Positions 35,530-43,444 of a DNA stretch of 64,000 nt are shown piece by piece. The DNA lies in IMG/VR virus record IMGVR_UViG_3300033402_000312; one strand, written 5' to 3'. The notes beneath the pieces were generated by a model that worked only from the letters and a program-made list of their open reading frames with translations, was not told the origin of the DNA and searched no databases. A program made the position numbers and the translations under genes. The stretch's first letter is position 1. Each line of letters opens with the position of its first letter. The DNA comes from a virus.

Positions 35530-35706
35530 ATGGGCTACAAGACGACGCAACGCATCACTCGGGACAGGGCGCTGTCGATCCTGATGCAGGAGCTTCCGCA
35601 GATGCCGAACGATGTGCTGGCGGATTTGCTGGATCGCGTCGCCGACTCGGGGCAAAGCAAGGTCGTCTCGAAGTTCGACGATTTCGTTGTGTCGGAGGTA
35701 CAATAA
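35530..35706 (+). CDS. small hypothetical protein (58 aa) inside the tRNA array
   Basis: MGYKTTQRITRDRALSILMQELPQMPNDVLADLLDRVADSGQSKVVSKFDDFVVSEVQ. GGGGGA RBS 6 nt upstream. Below the track length cutoff. Confidence 0.4.
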   Translation: MGYKTTQRITRDRALSILMQELPQMPNDVLADLLDRVADSGQSKVVSKFDDFVVSEVQ

Positions 35707-35709
35707 AGC

Positions 35710-35784
35710 GGCGCATTCGTCTAGTGGCTAGGATGGAAGCCCTTCAAGCTTCAGAAAGGGGATCGAAACCCCTATGCGCTACCA
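35710..35784 (+). tRNA. tRNA-Glu (TTC)
   Basis: Acceptor GGCGCAT/ATGCGCT. Glu-type D arm TTCGTCTAGTGGCTAGGA. Anticodon arm GAAGC-CCTTCAA-GCTTC (C at position 33). Confidence 0.6.
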
Positions 35785-35978
35785 GATTCGATCCTTGGCG
35801 GGACAAGCCAGGCAAGCTAAGGACAGGCAGACATGGAGTGTGGGAAGCTCCCGCCCGGTCAAGGCGTCGTTTTAAGTCCAAGACGTTGCCAAAAATTCGC
35901 TGCGGTGTATGGGACGGATACTTCATCATTGCCACAACGGCGACAGAAAAGAGCCGTTCCGGGTTGTTCCCAGCGATT

Positions 35979-36054
35979 GCGCGGTTAGCTCAGCGGCTAG
36001 AGCGCTCGCTTCACACGCGAGAGGCCGAAGGTCCGATCCCTTCACCGCGCACCA
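35979..36054 (+). tRNA. tRNA-Val (CAC)
   Basis: Acceptor GCGCGGT/ACCGCGC. Anticodon arm CTCGC-TTCACAC-GCGAG. T arm GAAGG-TCCGATC-CCTTC. Confidence 0.7.
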
Positions 36055-36102
36055 AAATACGTGTTAACGGAACTATCTGTTCCATCCGTAGAGGTAGTAC
36101 TT

Positions 36103-36417
36103 ATGAAGATCGGAAGCGCAAAGGTAGAAGGATTTGAAGCCAAAACCATCATAGCTGTCAGTCCACAAGAGAAAGCAGCACTTGGTCTCTTGAGTCGAAC
36201 CTCGGTGAAGTACCTTGGGGAAGTTTTGGAAACTGTCGCTTCGTATGAGGTGCCTGTAGCTACTACCGACATGGGTGGTGAAACTGTACAAGTGTTGGTT
36301 GAAAACTCAGACCTTGAGTTGCTTGATTGTCTTCATCGCTTGTTGAAGAGCGGAAATGCTGTTTGTAAGTGGGTTGAAAATGGACTTCTTGTAAACTTGC
36401 GAACAGGTATCGTGTAA
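36103..36417 (+). CDS. hypothetical protein (low-GC insert in tRNA array)
   Basis: Internal ATG of track ORF 36061-36417 with GAGGTAG RBS. Local GC is lower than surroundings. Confidence 0.45.
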   Translation: MKIGSAKVEGFEAKTIIAVSPQEKAALGLLSRTSVKYLGEVLETVASYEVPVATTDMGGETVQVLVENSDLELLDCLHRLLKSGNAVCKWVENGLLVNLRTGIV

Positions 36418-36424
36418 AGAGTTT

Positions 36425-36498
36425 GCGGCGTTGGTATAGTGGTAGCACGGGACCTTGCCAAGGTCCGGGCGCGGGTTCGATTCCCGCACGCCGCTCCA
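36425..36498 (+). tRNA. tRNA-Gly (GCC)
   Basis: Acceptor GCGGCGT/ACGCCGC. Anticodon arm GGACC-TTGCCAA-GGTCC. T arm GCGGG-TTCGATT-CCCGC. Confidence 0.75.
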
Positions 36499-36519
36499 AG
36501 TTTGTGATATAATGAGTGG

Positions 36520-36915
36520 ATGAAGGACACCACCAAGGTCGGCAACCTGACGCTTGCAAAGCTACTCGTTGCCTTAACAGAGAGGGGTAAGATCGTATTG
36601 ACGCCTTTCGGTGAGGGTGGTCGCTACGATCTGATGATCGACGAAGGGGAAAAAGTCCTCCGTGTACAGTGCAAGACGGGAAAGTTAATGAAGGATTGCA
36701 TCGTTTTCAACAACTATTCCCAGTCAGCAGCAGGCACGAAGAAGTATGGTACAAGCATAGATGCCTACGGCGTTTACTGTCCGCAGAACGGCAAAATATA
36801 CCTCGTTCCGGCAAGTGAGTGTCTCGGCTACAAGACTCGGCTTCTTATAGAACCGACTGAGGATGCTAGGAAGAAAAGAAAAAACATTCGGTTGGCGATA
36901 CAGTATGAAATTTAA
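36520..36915 (+). CDS. PD-(D/E)XK nuclease, Hjc/archaeal Holliday-junction-resolvase-like (possible homing endonuclease)
   Basis: LVALTERGKIVLTPFGEGGRYDLMIDEGEKVLRVQCKTGK fits the Hjc pattern (G..V.R..GS.G.PDlia..g.k.l.iEvK). Low-GC insert between two tRNA-Gly genes. Confidence 0.45.
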   Translation: MKDTTKVGNLTLAKLLVALTERGKIVLTPFGEGGRYDLMIDEGEKVLRVQCKTGKLMKDCIVFNNYSQSAAGTKKYGTSIDAYGVYCPQNGKIYLVPASECLGYKTRLLIEPTEDARKKRKNIRLAIQYEI

Positions 36916-36989
36916 GCGGGCGTCGTACAATGGCAGTATAGAGGCTTCCCAAGCCTCGGACGTGGGTCCGATTCCCATCGCCCGCTCCA
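36916..36989 (+). tRNA. tRNA-Gly (CCC)
   Basis: Acceptor GCGGGCG/CGCCCGC. Anticodon arm GAGGC-TTCCCAA-GCCTC. T arm GTGGG-TCCGATT-CCCAT. Confidence 0.7.
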
Positions 36990-37002
36990 AGATCGGAGAG
37001 GC

Positions 37003-37164
37003 ATGAACCGAGAAACGGACACCGAGGAAAATAAGCTTCCGGCGACGGTGAGCACAGATTTATTGTTGGAGATGGTCCGCAAGCTGGAAAGCCGGGTGCG
37101 TGCCCTCGAAGAAAAGTCGGAGGACTTGGATCACCGAACCGTTGGTCTGGTGCGCCTTGGGTGA
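37003..37164 (+). CDS. small hypothetical protein (53 aa, coiled-coil-like)
   Basis: GGAGAGG RBS. MNRETDTEENKLPATVSTDLLLEMVRKLESRVRALEEKSEDLDHRTVGLVRLG. Confidence 0.3.
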   Translation: MNRETDTEENKLPATVSTDLLLEMVRKLESRVRALEEKSEDLDHRTVGLVRLG

Positions 37165-37169
37165 CCGGG

Positions 37170-37325
37170 ATGCCTAAGCTGCGCAAGAAGACGAAGGGCA
37201 TCAAGTTTCGCATCGTTCATGTTCAGTACGATGCCACCGGCGAGCACAAGATGGTGGTGCTTGTGAGGGGGGAGAGAATCCCCAAGGGCTGGCACAAAGC
37301 AAGAAACAAGATTTCGGGCGTGTAG
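37170..37325 (+). CDS. small basic hypothetical protein (51 aa); its stop lies inside the next tRNA
   Basis: MPKLRKKTKGIKFRIVHVQYDATGEHKMVVLVRGERIPKGWHKARNKISGV. The stop TAG is within the 5' end of tRNA-Ala. Confidence 0.25.
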   Translation: MPKLRKKTKGIKFRIVHVQYDATGEHKMVVLVRGERIPKGWHKARNKISGV

Positions 37326-37391
37326 CTCAACTGGGAGAGCGTCGCATTTGCAATGCGGAGGCAGCAGGTTCGACCCCTGTCACGTCCACCA
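37316..37391 (+). tRNA. tRNA-Ala (TGC)
   Basis: Acceptor GGGCGTG/CACGTCC with G3-U70. Anticodon arm TCGCA-TTTGCAA-TGCGG. T arm GCAGG-TTCGACC-CCTGT. Confidence 0.7.
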
Positions 37392-37396
37392 ATTTT

Positions 37397-37471
37397 GGCG
37401 CTATGGTCTAGGGGCCTAGGACGCGACCCCCTCAAGGTCGAAACACGGGTTCGAATCCCGTTAGCGCTGCC
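37397..37471 (+). tRNA. tRNA-Glu (CTC)
   Basis: Acceptor GGCGCTA/TAGCGCT. Glu-type D arm. Anticodon arm CGACC-CCCTCAA-GGTCG. T loop TTCGAAT. Confidence 0.6.
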
Positions 37472-37476
37472 AAACT

Positions 37477-37908
37477 TCAACTTCCCACTTTATTGTCCGT
37501 CCCGGCCCACACGAATTCGTCCAGGGGGAAGTGCGCCCGGCATGTGCAGCAAAACGTTCCCCCGTAAAAACCGGGGTCGCGGGCGTAGGTCTCCGCGAGC
37601 GCCAATCCCATCGTGGTGTCTGTGCGGCAAATCAGATGCGTGTACGTTCTGCGGACGGGCCGCACGAAGCCTTTTGCGCGTTCCTCCGGGCAAAGCGCGA
37701 CGTAGCCTTTTTGCATCCCGGTCGCGGGGTCAATCTCCCGGTGGTCAGGGGTGACCGGCGAACCGTCCGTCATGCACTGTTTGGTTCTGTCCACGGGGGG
37801 CACTATATTCTCAGCCTCGGGCTGAGCCTCGGCGCAAAGCCCAGTCTCGGGGTCGCACTCCCGTCCGGGGTGCTCCAGCTTGCACTTTTCGCAGAGTTTT
37901 GTCGCCAT
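37477..37908 (-). CDS. Cys-rich hypothetical protein (zinc-binding?)
   Basis: 143 aa on the minus strand. MATKLCEKCKLEHPGRECD..GGTFCCTCRAHFPLDEFVWAGT. Confidence 0.45.
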   Translation of the reverse strand: MATKLCEKCKLEHPGRECDPETGLCAEAQPEAENIVPPVDRTKQCMTDGSPVTPDHREIDPATGMQKGYVALCPEERAKGFVRPVRRTYTHLICRTDTTMGLALAETYARDPGFYGGTFCCTCRAHFPLDEFVWAGTDNKVGS

Positions 37909-37933
37909 GTCTCTATGATACTACTGAGTTTCG

Positions 37934-38167
37934 CTAGAAGCGGCTGATCCAGCGACGCCCGAGGCGTCCCGCCTTCTTAGCAACCCGGACAGCCGTCCTG
38001 CCCGCCTTGGGGCAATCAGCAATGTACAGCGAGCAGCGCGGAAGCTCGCCGCCCTGCGGGCCCGCGCCGAAGTACTTCCCCGGTCTCCCGCAGCCGTACC
38101 GGCAAAGGGGCTGCTCTGGGTCAGGCTCCGTGTCTTCCGGGAATGCTGTTTGGAACTTGTCTTCCAT
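37934..38167 (-). CDS. small Cys-containing hypothetical protein
   Basis: 77 aa. LCRYGCGRPGKYFGAG..CSLYIADCPKAG. Confidence 0.35.
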   Translation of the reverse strand: MEDKFQTAFPEDTEPDPEQPLCRYGCGRPGKYFGAGPQGGELPRCSLYIADCPKAGRTAVRVAKKAGRLGRRWISRF

Positions 38168-38199
38168 ACTAAAGGATTTTATAGTATTGAAGGTGTAGC

Positions 38200-38877
38200 A
38201 TGCCCCGAGTAGTTCTTATCGCCGACACCCACGGTCTCCACGACAGGATGACGCAGCCTGTCCCCGAGGGGGACTTGCTGATCCACGCCGGGGACTTTAC
38301 GAACGTGGGACGCGTGAACGAAGTCGTCGCCGCTGGCGTATGGCTCCGCAAGCTTGGGAAGAGGTTCCCTGCCGGGGTCGTGATCGTCGCGGGCAACCAC
38401 GACTGGATGTTTGAGAAGAACCGATTTATGGCAGTACAATTGTTGAATCAAGGTCTGCTTGGTAATGAACGCGTTCCCGAAATCATCTACCTTGAGGATA
38501 GCGGGGTTGAGATAAAAGGCCTCAAGATATACGGAAGCCCTTGGCAGCCGTCTTTCATGAACTGGGCGTTCAACCTCGACCGTGGCGAGCCGCTCCGCAG
38601 AAAGTGGGACTTGATCCCCGAGGGCTTGGACATCCTGGTCACGCACGGGCCGCCGATGGGAATCCTCGACCAGACCAACCCGGTTCTCGGCACCGAGCAC
38701 GTTGGGTGCGAGGAACTCATCAAGGCGGTCAAGCGGGCGAAGCCGAAAGTCCACGTCTTCGGCCATATCCACGGGGGCTACGGCAGGGCGCAATACCAGA
38801 ACACGCTGTTCATCAACGCCGCGATCTGCGACGAGGCGTACAAGCCTTGGCGGGAGCCTGTCGTCATTGATTTATGA
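38200..38877 (+). CDS. metallophosphoesterase (calcineurin-like)
   Basis: ADTHG, GDFTNVG, GNHD, THGPP and GHIHGGYG are the MPP motifs. Confidence 0.85.
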   Translation: MPRVVLIADTHGLHDRMTQPVPEGDLLIHAGDFTNVGRVNEVVAAGVWLRKLGKRFPAGVVIVAGNHDWMFEKNRFMAVQLLNQGLLGNERVPEIIYLEDSGVEIKGLKIYGSPWQPSFMNWAFNLDRGEPLRRKWDLIPEGLDILVTHGPPMGILDQTNPVLGTEHVGCEELIKAVKRAKPKVHVFGHIHGGYGRAQYQNTLFINAAICDEAYKPWREPVVIDL

Positions 38878-38887
38878 TAGACCTATT

Positions 38888-39061
38888 ATGAGACACATGT
38901 GCCAAGCCTACGATGACGGTGTCCATCAATGCGAGGAGCCTGCCGTTAACTTCATTGAGATAGCCGATGACATGGACGCGCCGCTTGACACCACTGTTTG
39001 GTGGATGTGCGCCCGGCACTGGGACAAATGGCAGAAAGAGAGCCAAGAGAATGAAAGGTAA
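38888..39061 (+). CDS. small protein with CARHWD motif (paralog of the 57309-57548 product)
   Basis: MRHMCQAYDDGVHQCEEPAVNFIEIADDMDAPLDTTVWWMCARHWDKWQKESQENER. Shares EPAV(N/D)F..AD...... (M/L)CARHWD with the ORF ending at 57548. Confidence 0.4.
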   Translation: MRHMCQAYDDGVHQCEEPAVNFIEIADDMDAPLDTTVWWMCARHWDKWQKESQENER

Positions 39062-39314
39062 CCCGCAGATTGCTGCCATAGCCTTCCTCGTGAAGAAGTT
39101 CGGCGAGAGGATTCCGGGAGGGTACGAGGTGCGCGTGACGGCTCTTGATTTGCACGAGATGTCGCCGCATGGCATATTCCAGGAAGTGCCCGACATCAAC
39201 GGCAAGGGGGTGCGCTGGCAGTACTTCCCGAACGTCACCATCGACCTCAAACCGGGCGATTGGAAGGAGTCTGCGCCGGACGATAAGACGCTGCCGGAGA
39301 AGACCGACAAGTGA
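39051..39314 (+). CDS. hypothetical protein
   Basis: Internal ATG of track ORF 38967-39314, overlapping the previous stop. Confidence 0.4.
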   Translation: MKGNPQIAAIAFLVKKFGERIPGGYEVRVTALDLHEMSPHGIFQEVPDINGKGVRWQYFPNVTIDLKPGDWKESAPDDKTLPEKTDK

Positions 39315-39901
39315 TTGACCCTTACGATTTGACGAAGCCTTGGGACAAAGTGCGCCTCCAGGAGTGGTTCGTCTTCGGCGTGTGTGTGCCGGGCAAGAGC
39401 GCCCGGCAGACCGCCGAAAAGGTCGAGGCGATGCTGGAGGACATGCGGGGCGTCACCCACAAGGCGCTCCCTGGCGCAGAGTACAGGAAGAACACGCCGT
39501 TCGGCTGCATCCGCACGGCGATGGCTTTCGGCAAGCTAGGCTGGTACCTCCGCAAGCACAGGCTCGGGCAGTACAGGCGCATCGGCAGGGCGCTGCGCGG
39601 CATGGTCTGGATCGACCCGGCGACCGCGACGCTGGAGGAGCTTGAGGCGATCCACGGCGTCGGCGCGAAGACCGCCCGGATGCTCCTGCTCTACACCCGC
39701 CCGGATCAGGAGATGATTCCGTTGGACACGCATGTGCTGAAATGGCTCCGCGCCCACGGCTACGACGCCCCGAAAAGCACCCCGCCCCCCGGCAAGAAGT
39801 ACCGCGAGCTTGAGGCTGCTTTCATCCGCGAAGGCAGGAAGCGCGGGCTGACCGCTAAGGAGTGGGACAAGGAGGTATGGCAGCGGTCCGCCAAAGGCTG
39901 A
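39311..39901 (+). CDS. HhH-GPD superfamily DNA glycosylase-like protein
   Basis: LEELEAIHGVGAKTARMLLLYTRPDQEMIPLDTHVLKWLRAHGY is a helix-hairpin-helix GPD motif. The DTHV motif is present. Confidence 0.6.
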   Translation: MIDPYDLTKPWDKVRLQEWFVFGVCVPGKSARQTAEKVEAMLEDMRGVTHKALPGAEYRKNTPFGCIRTAMAFGKLGWYLRKHRLGQYRRIGRALRGMVWIDPATATLEELEAIHGVGAKTARMLLLYTRPDQEMIPLDTHVLKWLRAHGYDAPKSTPPPGKKYRELEAAFIREGRKRGLTAKEWDKEVWQRSAKG

Positions 39902-40323
39902 TGTTCATCCTAGTGCTGCTGCTCCGCCTCCTGTGGCAATTGCATCCGTCCCTGCTGACCTGCGCCCTGTTTTGGGTCTTCGTCGCGGAATACTGGTACA
40001 TCGTCCCCACCGACTGCAAGATCAACTGGTGGTCTAGGTCGCTGACGCTGGCTGGCATGTTCATGAACGCCGTCGTCACCCTCGCCAACAATGGCAGGAT
40101 GCCGTACCTCGGCGGCGGTCGTCCCCGCTCCATCTGGGTTGCGGGGACCGGCAAGCGCTTGCTGTTCCTTTGCGACCGCTTCGACGGCTTCAGCATAGGC
40201 GACTTCTTCATCATCGGCGGGATTGCCGCCGCCTTCCTGTTTTGGCTGTACCGCATCCCCGCTGGCAACGAGCGAACCGGGATGCTTTTATCCGGCGAGC
40301 GGACATCGAAGAAAATCCCCTAA
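39901..40323 (+). CDS. membrane protein (about 4 TM)
   Basis: ATG overlaps the upstream stop (ATGA). Hydrophobic segments MFILVLLLRLLW, LTLAGMFMNAVVTLA and FFIIGGIAAAFLFWLY. Confidence 0.45.
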   Translation: MFILVLLLRLLWQLHPSLLTCALFWVFVAEYWYIVPTDCKINWWSRSLTLAGMFMNAVVTLANNGRMPYLGGGRPRSIWVAGTGKRLLFLCDRFDGFSIGDFFIIGGIAAAFLFWLYRIPAGNERTGMLLSGERTSKKIP

Positions 40324-40389
40324 ATTCAGCGTTTTCCAACAGCAAATAGGTTCCGCGACTTCGGTTTCCTTCCATTAGAGGAGAAGCCT

Positions 40390-40950
40390 GTGCCAACCGC
40401 CTTGCCCATCCCAAAGCTCGCGGCGACCCCGATGATCCCATCGCGGTTCAAGAATGGGCTTCTCCAGCCCAATCCCGGCAAGGCAAGGCTCATGGCCGAC
40501 CTCCGCGACGCCTACGCCGAGATTGCCGGAGAATGGGAAGAGTCGGGCGACCCCAAGGAACTGTACCAGTTCGCCGAGCCGAAGACGCGGGAGCTTCTCC
40601 TCGGGACGGAAGAGGACGCCAACGCCATCCACGATTTCGACACCGCCTCCATGTACGCGCACAGCGGCAACTGGAAGATGGCGAGCCAATACCTTGGCTA
40701 CGCGCTGAGGAAGGTCGCCGAGAAGATCGAAAAGCTGGGCTACGGGTACGATGTGTCCGGGGAAGTCCAAATGGGCGGCGGCACAAGCGGGGAAGGGCGG
40801 CACCTTTGGGACACAGGCAACTCCCCGAAGCACGACCACACCCAAAACAACCCGTCCGCAATGTCGCTCGACGCCGAGGCTGAATCCGATTACCCCGAGC
40901 TTGCCGAGTTCAAGCACAAGCGAGTCCACTGGCCCCCGAGGACAAGGTAA
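40390..40950 (+). CDS. hypothetical protein
   Basis: 186-aa ORF. No motif recognised. Confidence 0.45.
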   Translation: MPTALPIPKLAATPMIPSRFKNGLLQPNPGKARLMADLRDAYAEIAGEWEESGDPKELYQFAEPKTRELLLGTEEDANAIHDFDTASMYAHSGNWKMASQYLGYALRKVAEKIEKLGYGYDVSGEVQMGGGTSGEGRHLWDTGNSPKHDHTQNNPSAMSLDAEAESDYPELAEFKHKRVHWPPRTR

Positions 40951-40952
40951 AA

Positions 40953-43412
40953 ATGGCTCCGGTTCAAGTATGCATTTTTAATCCAACCACCACCCTCATC
41001 GACCAAGTGACGGCTGCGTCCACCGGGCCGGGCGTCGCCGGGCAGCCGGTAGTGCTCAACCCGCTGGGTCTCATCGACCCGACTCTCCTTGGGCAGGGCG
41101 TCATCGCGACGGCTGGGCAGAACCTCAGCGCCGGGAATCTCGTCGGCCTGTACAACCAGGCCGGGACGCTCCACATGCAGCTTGCCTTCGCCGCTGGCAG
41201 CGGAACCGCGCCGTCCGGCGCAATGTACCCGGTGCCTGCTGCGGGCTTCGTCTCCTCCCAAGTTTTCACGGGGTTCACGGGGGAGGTGTCGTTCAGCGGC
41301 ACGTTCGTGTACATCGACGGAAACAGCGAGTTCAGCCCTAGCGACATCGGCACCATCGTGTTTCTGTCCGCCGTCACGCCGGGCGGCGTGACCAAGACTC
41401 CCCCGACCAGCGGGTCGCCTCCCATCGGCCCGCTTTCCCAGTCGGTCGGCTACGTCGTGGGCTTCGCCACGCCGAACAAGGTTTCCATCGCCTTTAGCGC
41501 GGCGTTCCTTGACTTCACCCAGATCAACGGCATCCTTCCGATCACCAAGGGCGGCACCGGGGCTACGACAGGAATACAAGCCTTGGCCAACCTGATCGGC
41601 GAGTTGCCCTCGGCTTTCCTTTACGTTGACGGCAGCCGGACGGACGCGTACACCCCGGACGGCACGCAACTTTTGCCGTTCAAATCCATCATGGCGGCGG
41701 TCAATCGGGTCATAGCGAACGGCAACAATGCCACGGTTCCCTATACGATTTCCGTGGCTCCGGGGACTTACGCGGAAACGATTGATGTGGGGAATGCTGC
41801 CTTGTACAGCCTTGTTTTTACGGGCTACGGGGAGGCGGGCCCCATTTCCGCAAGCGCTGGGGCGACCGTGCTTGCGGGTGTCCGCGTCGCCCCCGCATCC
41901 GGGAACTCCCTGCAAAGCACCGCGAACAACACGCAGCTAGCCACCCTTCAGTTCAGCGGGTTCCTGTTCGCGAATCCTATTGACTTGACGTGCCCCACCA
42001 ACAACGGGGGATTCGGCAGCAGTGTAGTTTCCTTTAGCAATTGCCACTTCGAGGACAACGGCTCGTCCCCTACTTTTACCTTCAACAACATCGGCAATCT
42101 GTTGTTCTCCAATTCCGCTGTGGGCGGCCCCCCGGCTAACAACACGACGACTGTGGCTTTAACAAACATTTTGGGTGCCCTGTGGATAGGCAGCGACATG
42201 AATGGCGGAACCCTCACTGTCCTGACTGATATAACTCAACCTGTCCCCGTGAGCTTTCCTCCTTTTGAGGGCACGGAATTATTGATCTCAGGGTGGGCAT
42301 GCAATCCTGGAACTGTGACTATCTCGGGCGTTGGCTCAGTCGTCATCGTCAATCAAGGCTCGTTGGGCAGTTCTGGCGGCACAATCACAGTGGGTTCCGG
42401 GGCGTTTTTATTCATGGAAGCCGGTTCTGAGCTTGCCTCGAACGTAACGGTGGATTCCGGGGGGACGCTCGAAGGCAACGGGGTTCTGGACGGGACTCTG
42501 ACGGTAAACGGCACCTATACACCGACCGGGGTGCTTTACGCGGCGGGGGTTGTATTGACGTCGATCACCTCCAACGGCGGGGGCATCACCATCGAAGACA
42601 CTGCCGGTGGTGGCGTCGTCATCGACGACACAGGTGGGGGGACGATCAGCATTGCGCCTACGTCGGAAAAAGCCGCTTTCGGTAGCTACTCCACTCCGCC
42701 AGTTGCCGGGCAAGTAGTCATCGGGGCTTCCTCGGGCGGTCTCAGTGGTTTCAGTCAACTTACACTAGAAACAAGGGGTGCCCTTGGTTCTGCAACAATC
42801 AATCTTGGCGGTGTGGGCCTCTTTGCCTTAGCATCAGGTCAGAACCTTTCGATAGACCATTCGGTGGCGATAGGACCGGTGGGCGTGTTAGGCGGCTCCA
42901 TATCCTTTTTTGGCTCTCCTCAAGTCAATCACGTTGCATCAATCGGCGTCTCTGCCACCGCTGGCAACCCCAGCCAGATCAACCTGCCTACCGCCACAGG
43001 GTCGGCGGGCACATTCCTGATGACGGACGGCGGAAACCCGCAGCAGACCTCATGGGATTCTCTGCTGACCGACAACGGCACGACCCTCTCTTACACGGGC
43101 AGCGGCGGCTTCGTAGCTGAATCGCTGACCATCGAGGGACACTTCAACAGCAACAACACTACGGATTTCTCTGGCACAGCTACGATCCCCGGCTCGCCTC
43201 CATCCGCTTCGGTGACTGTCTCCTTTGGTTCCGCTTTTACGGGCACGGCCCCCCCTTTGGTGGTTGTGACGCCAACGAGCGACCCCACGGCAACGGGGGC
43301 GTATTGGGTTGTAGTCAGCGGCGGCCCCGGGAATTGGACAGGATTCACCATTCACGTGCATGCTGCGGGAGCCATTTCCTTTAACTATATCGTGATAGGA
43401 AACGGCTCGTAG
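40953..43412 (+). CDS. tail fibre / receptor-binding-like protein (beta-helix, Gly/Thr/Ser-rich)
   Basis: 819 aa. PITKGGTGATTGIQAL matches the common phage tail-fibre KGGTGAT motif. Long stretches of G/T/S/N/V repeats. Confidence 0.5.
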   Translation: MAPVQVCIFNPTTTLIDQVTAASTGPGVAGQPVVLNPLGLIDPTLLGQGVIATAGQNLSAGNLVGLYNQAGTLHMQLAFAAGSGTAPSGAMYPVPAAGFVSSQVFTGFTGEVSFSGTFVYIDGNSEFSPSDIGTIVFLSAVTPGGVTKTPPTSGSPPIGPLSQSVGYVVGFATPNKVSIAFSAAFLDFTQINGILPITKGGTGATTGIQALANLIGELPSAFLYVDGSRTDAYTPDGTQLLPFKSIMAAVNRVIANGNNATVPYTISVAPGTYAETIDVGNAALYSLVFTGYGEAGPISASAGATVLAGVRVAPASGNSLQSTANNTQLATLQFSGFLFANPIDLTCPTNNGGFGSSVVSFSNCHFEDNGSSPTFTFNNIGNLLFSNSAVGGPPANNTTTVALTNILGALWIGSDMNGGTLTVLTDITQPVPVSFPPFEGTELLISGWACNPGTVTISGVGSVVIVNQGSLGSSGGTITVGSGAFLFMEAGSELASNVTVDSGGTLEGNGVLDGTLTVNGTYTPTGVLYAAGVVLTSITSNGGGITIEDTAGGGVVIDDTGGGTISIAPTSEKAAFGSYSTPPVAGQVVIGASSGGLSGFSQLTLETRGALGSATINLGGVGLFALASGQNLSIDHSVAIGPVGVLGGSISFFGSPQVNHVASIGVSATAGNPSQINLPTATGSAGTFLMTDGGNPQQTSWDSLLTDNGTTLSYTGSGGFVAESLTIEGHFNSNNTTDFSGTATIPGSPPSASVTVSFGSAFTGTAPPLVVVTPTSDPTATGAYWVVVSGGPGNWTGFTIHVHAAGAISFNYIVIGNGS

Positions 43413-43444
43413 TTCAATTTTCAAAACCTGTTGTATCTAGCTAG

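Noticed and set aside
33744-36137. Track ORFs spanning tRNA genes (33744-34166 -, 33925-34452 -, 35240-35584 +, 35724-36137 +)
   Set aside because: They run through several well-formed tRNA cloverleaves and the RNase P RNA. Translations are junk-like.
38170-38200. TATAGT-containing sequence upstream of the 38200 phosphoesterase gene as a member of the TGGACA-N18-TATACT promoter family
   Set aside because: No -35 element at the 18-nt spacing. Likely a distinct promoter in a divergent intergenic region.
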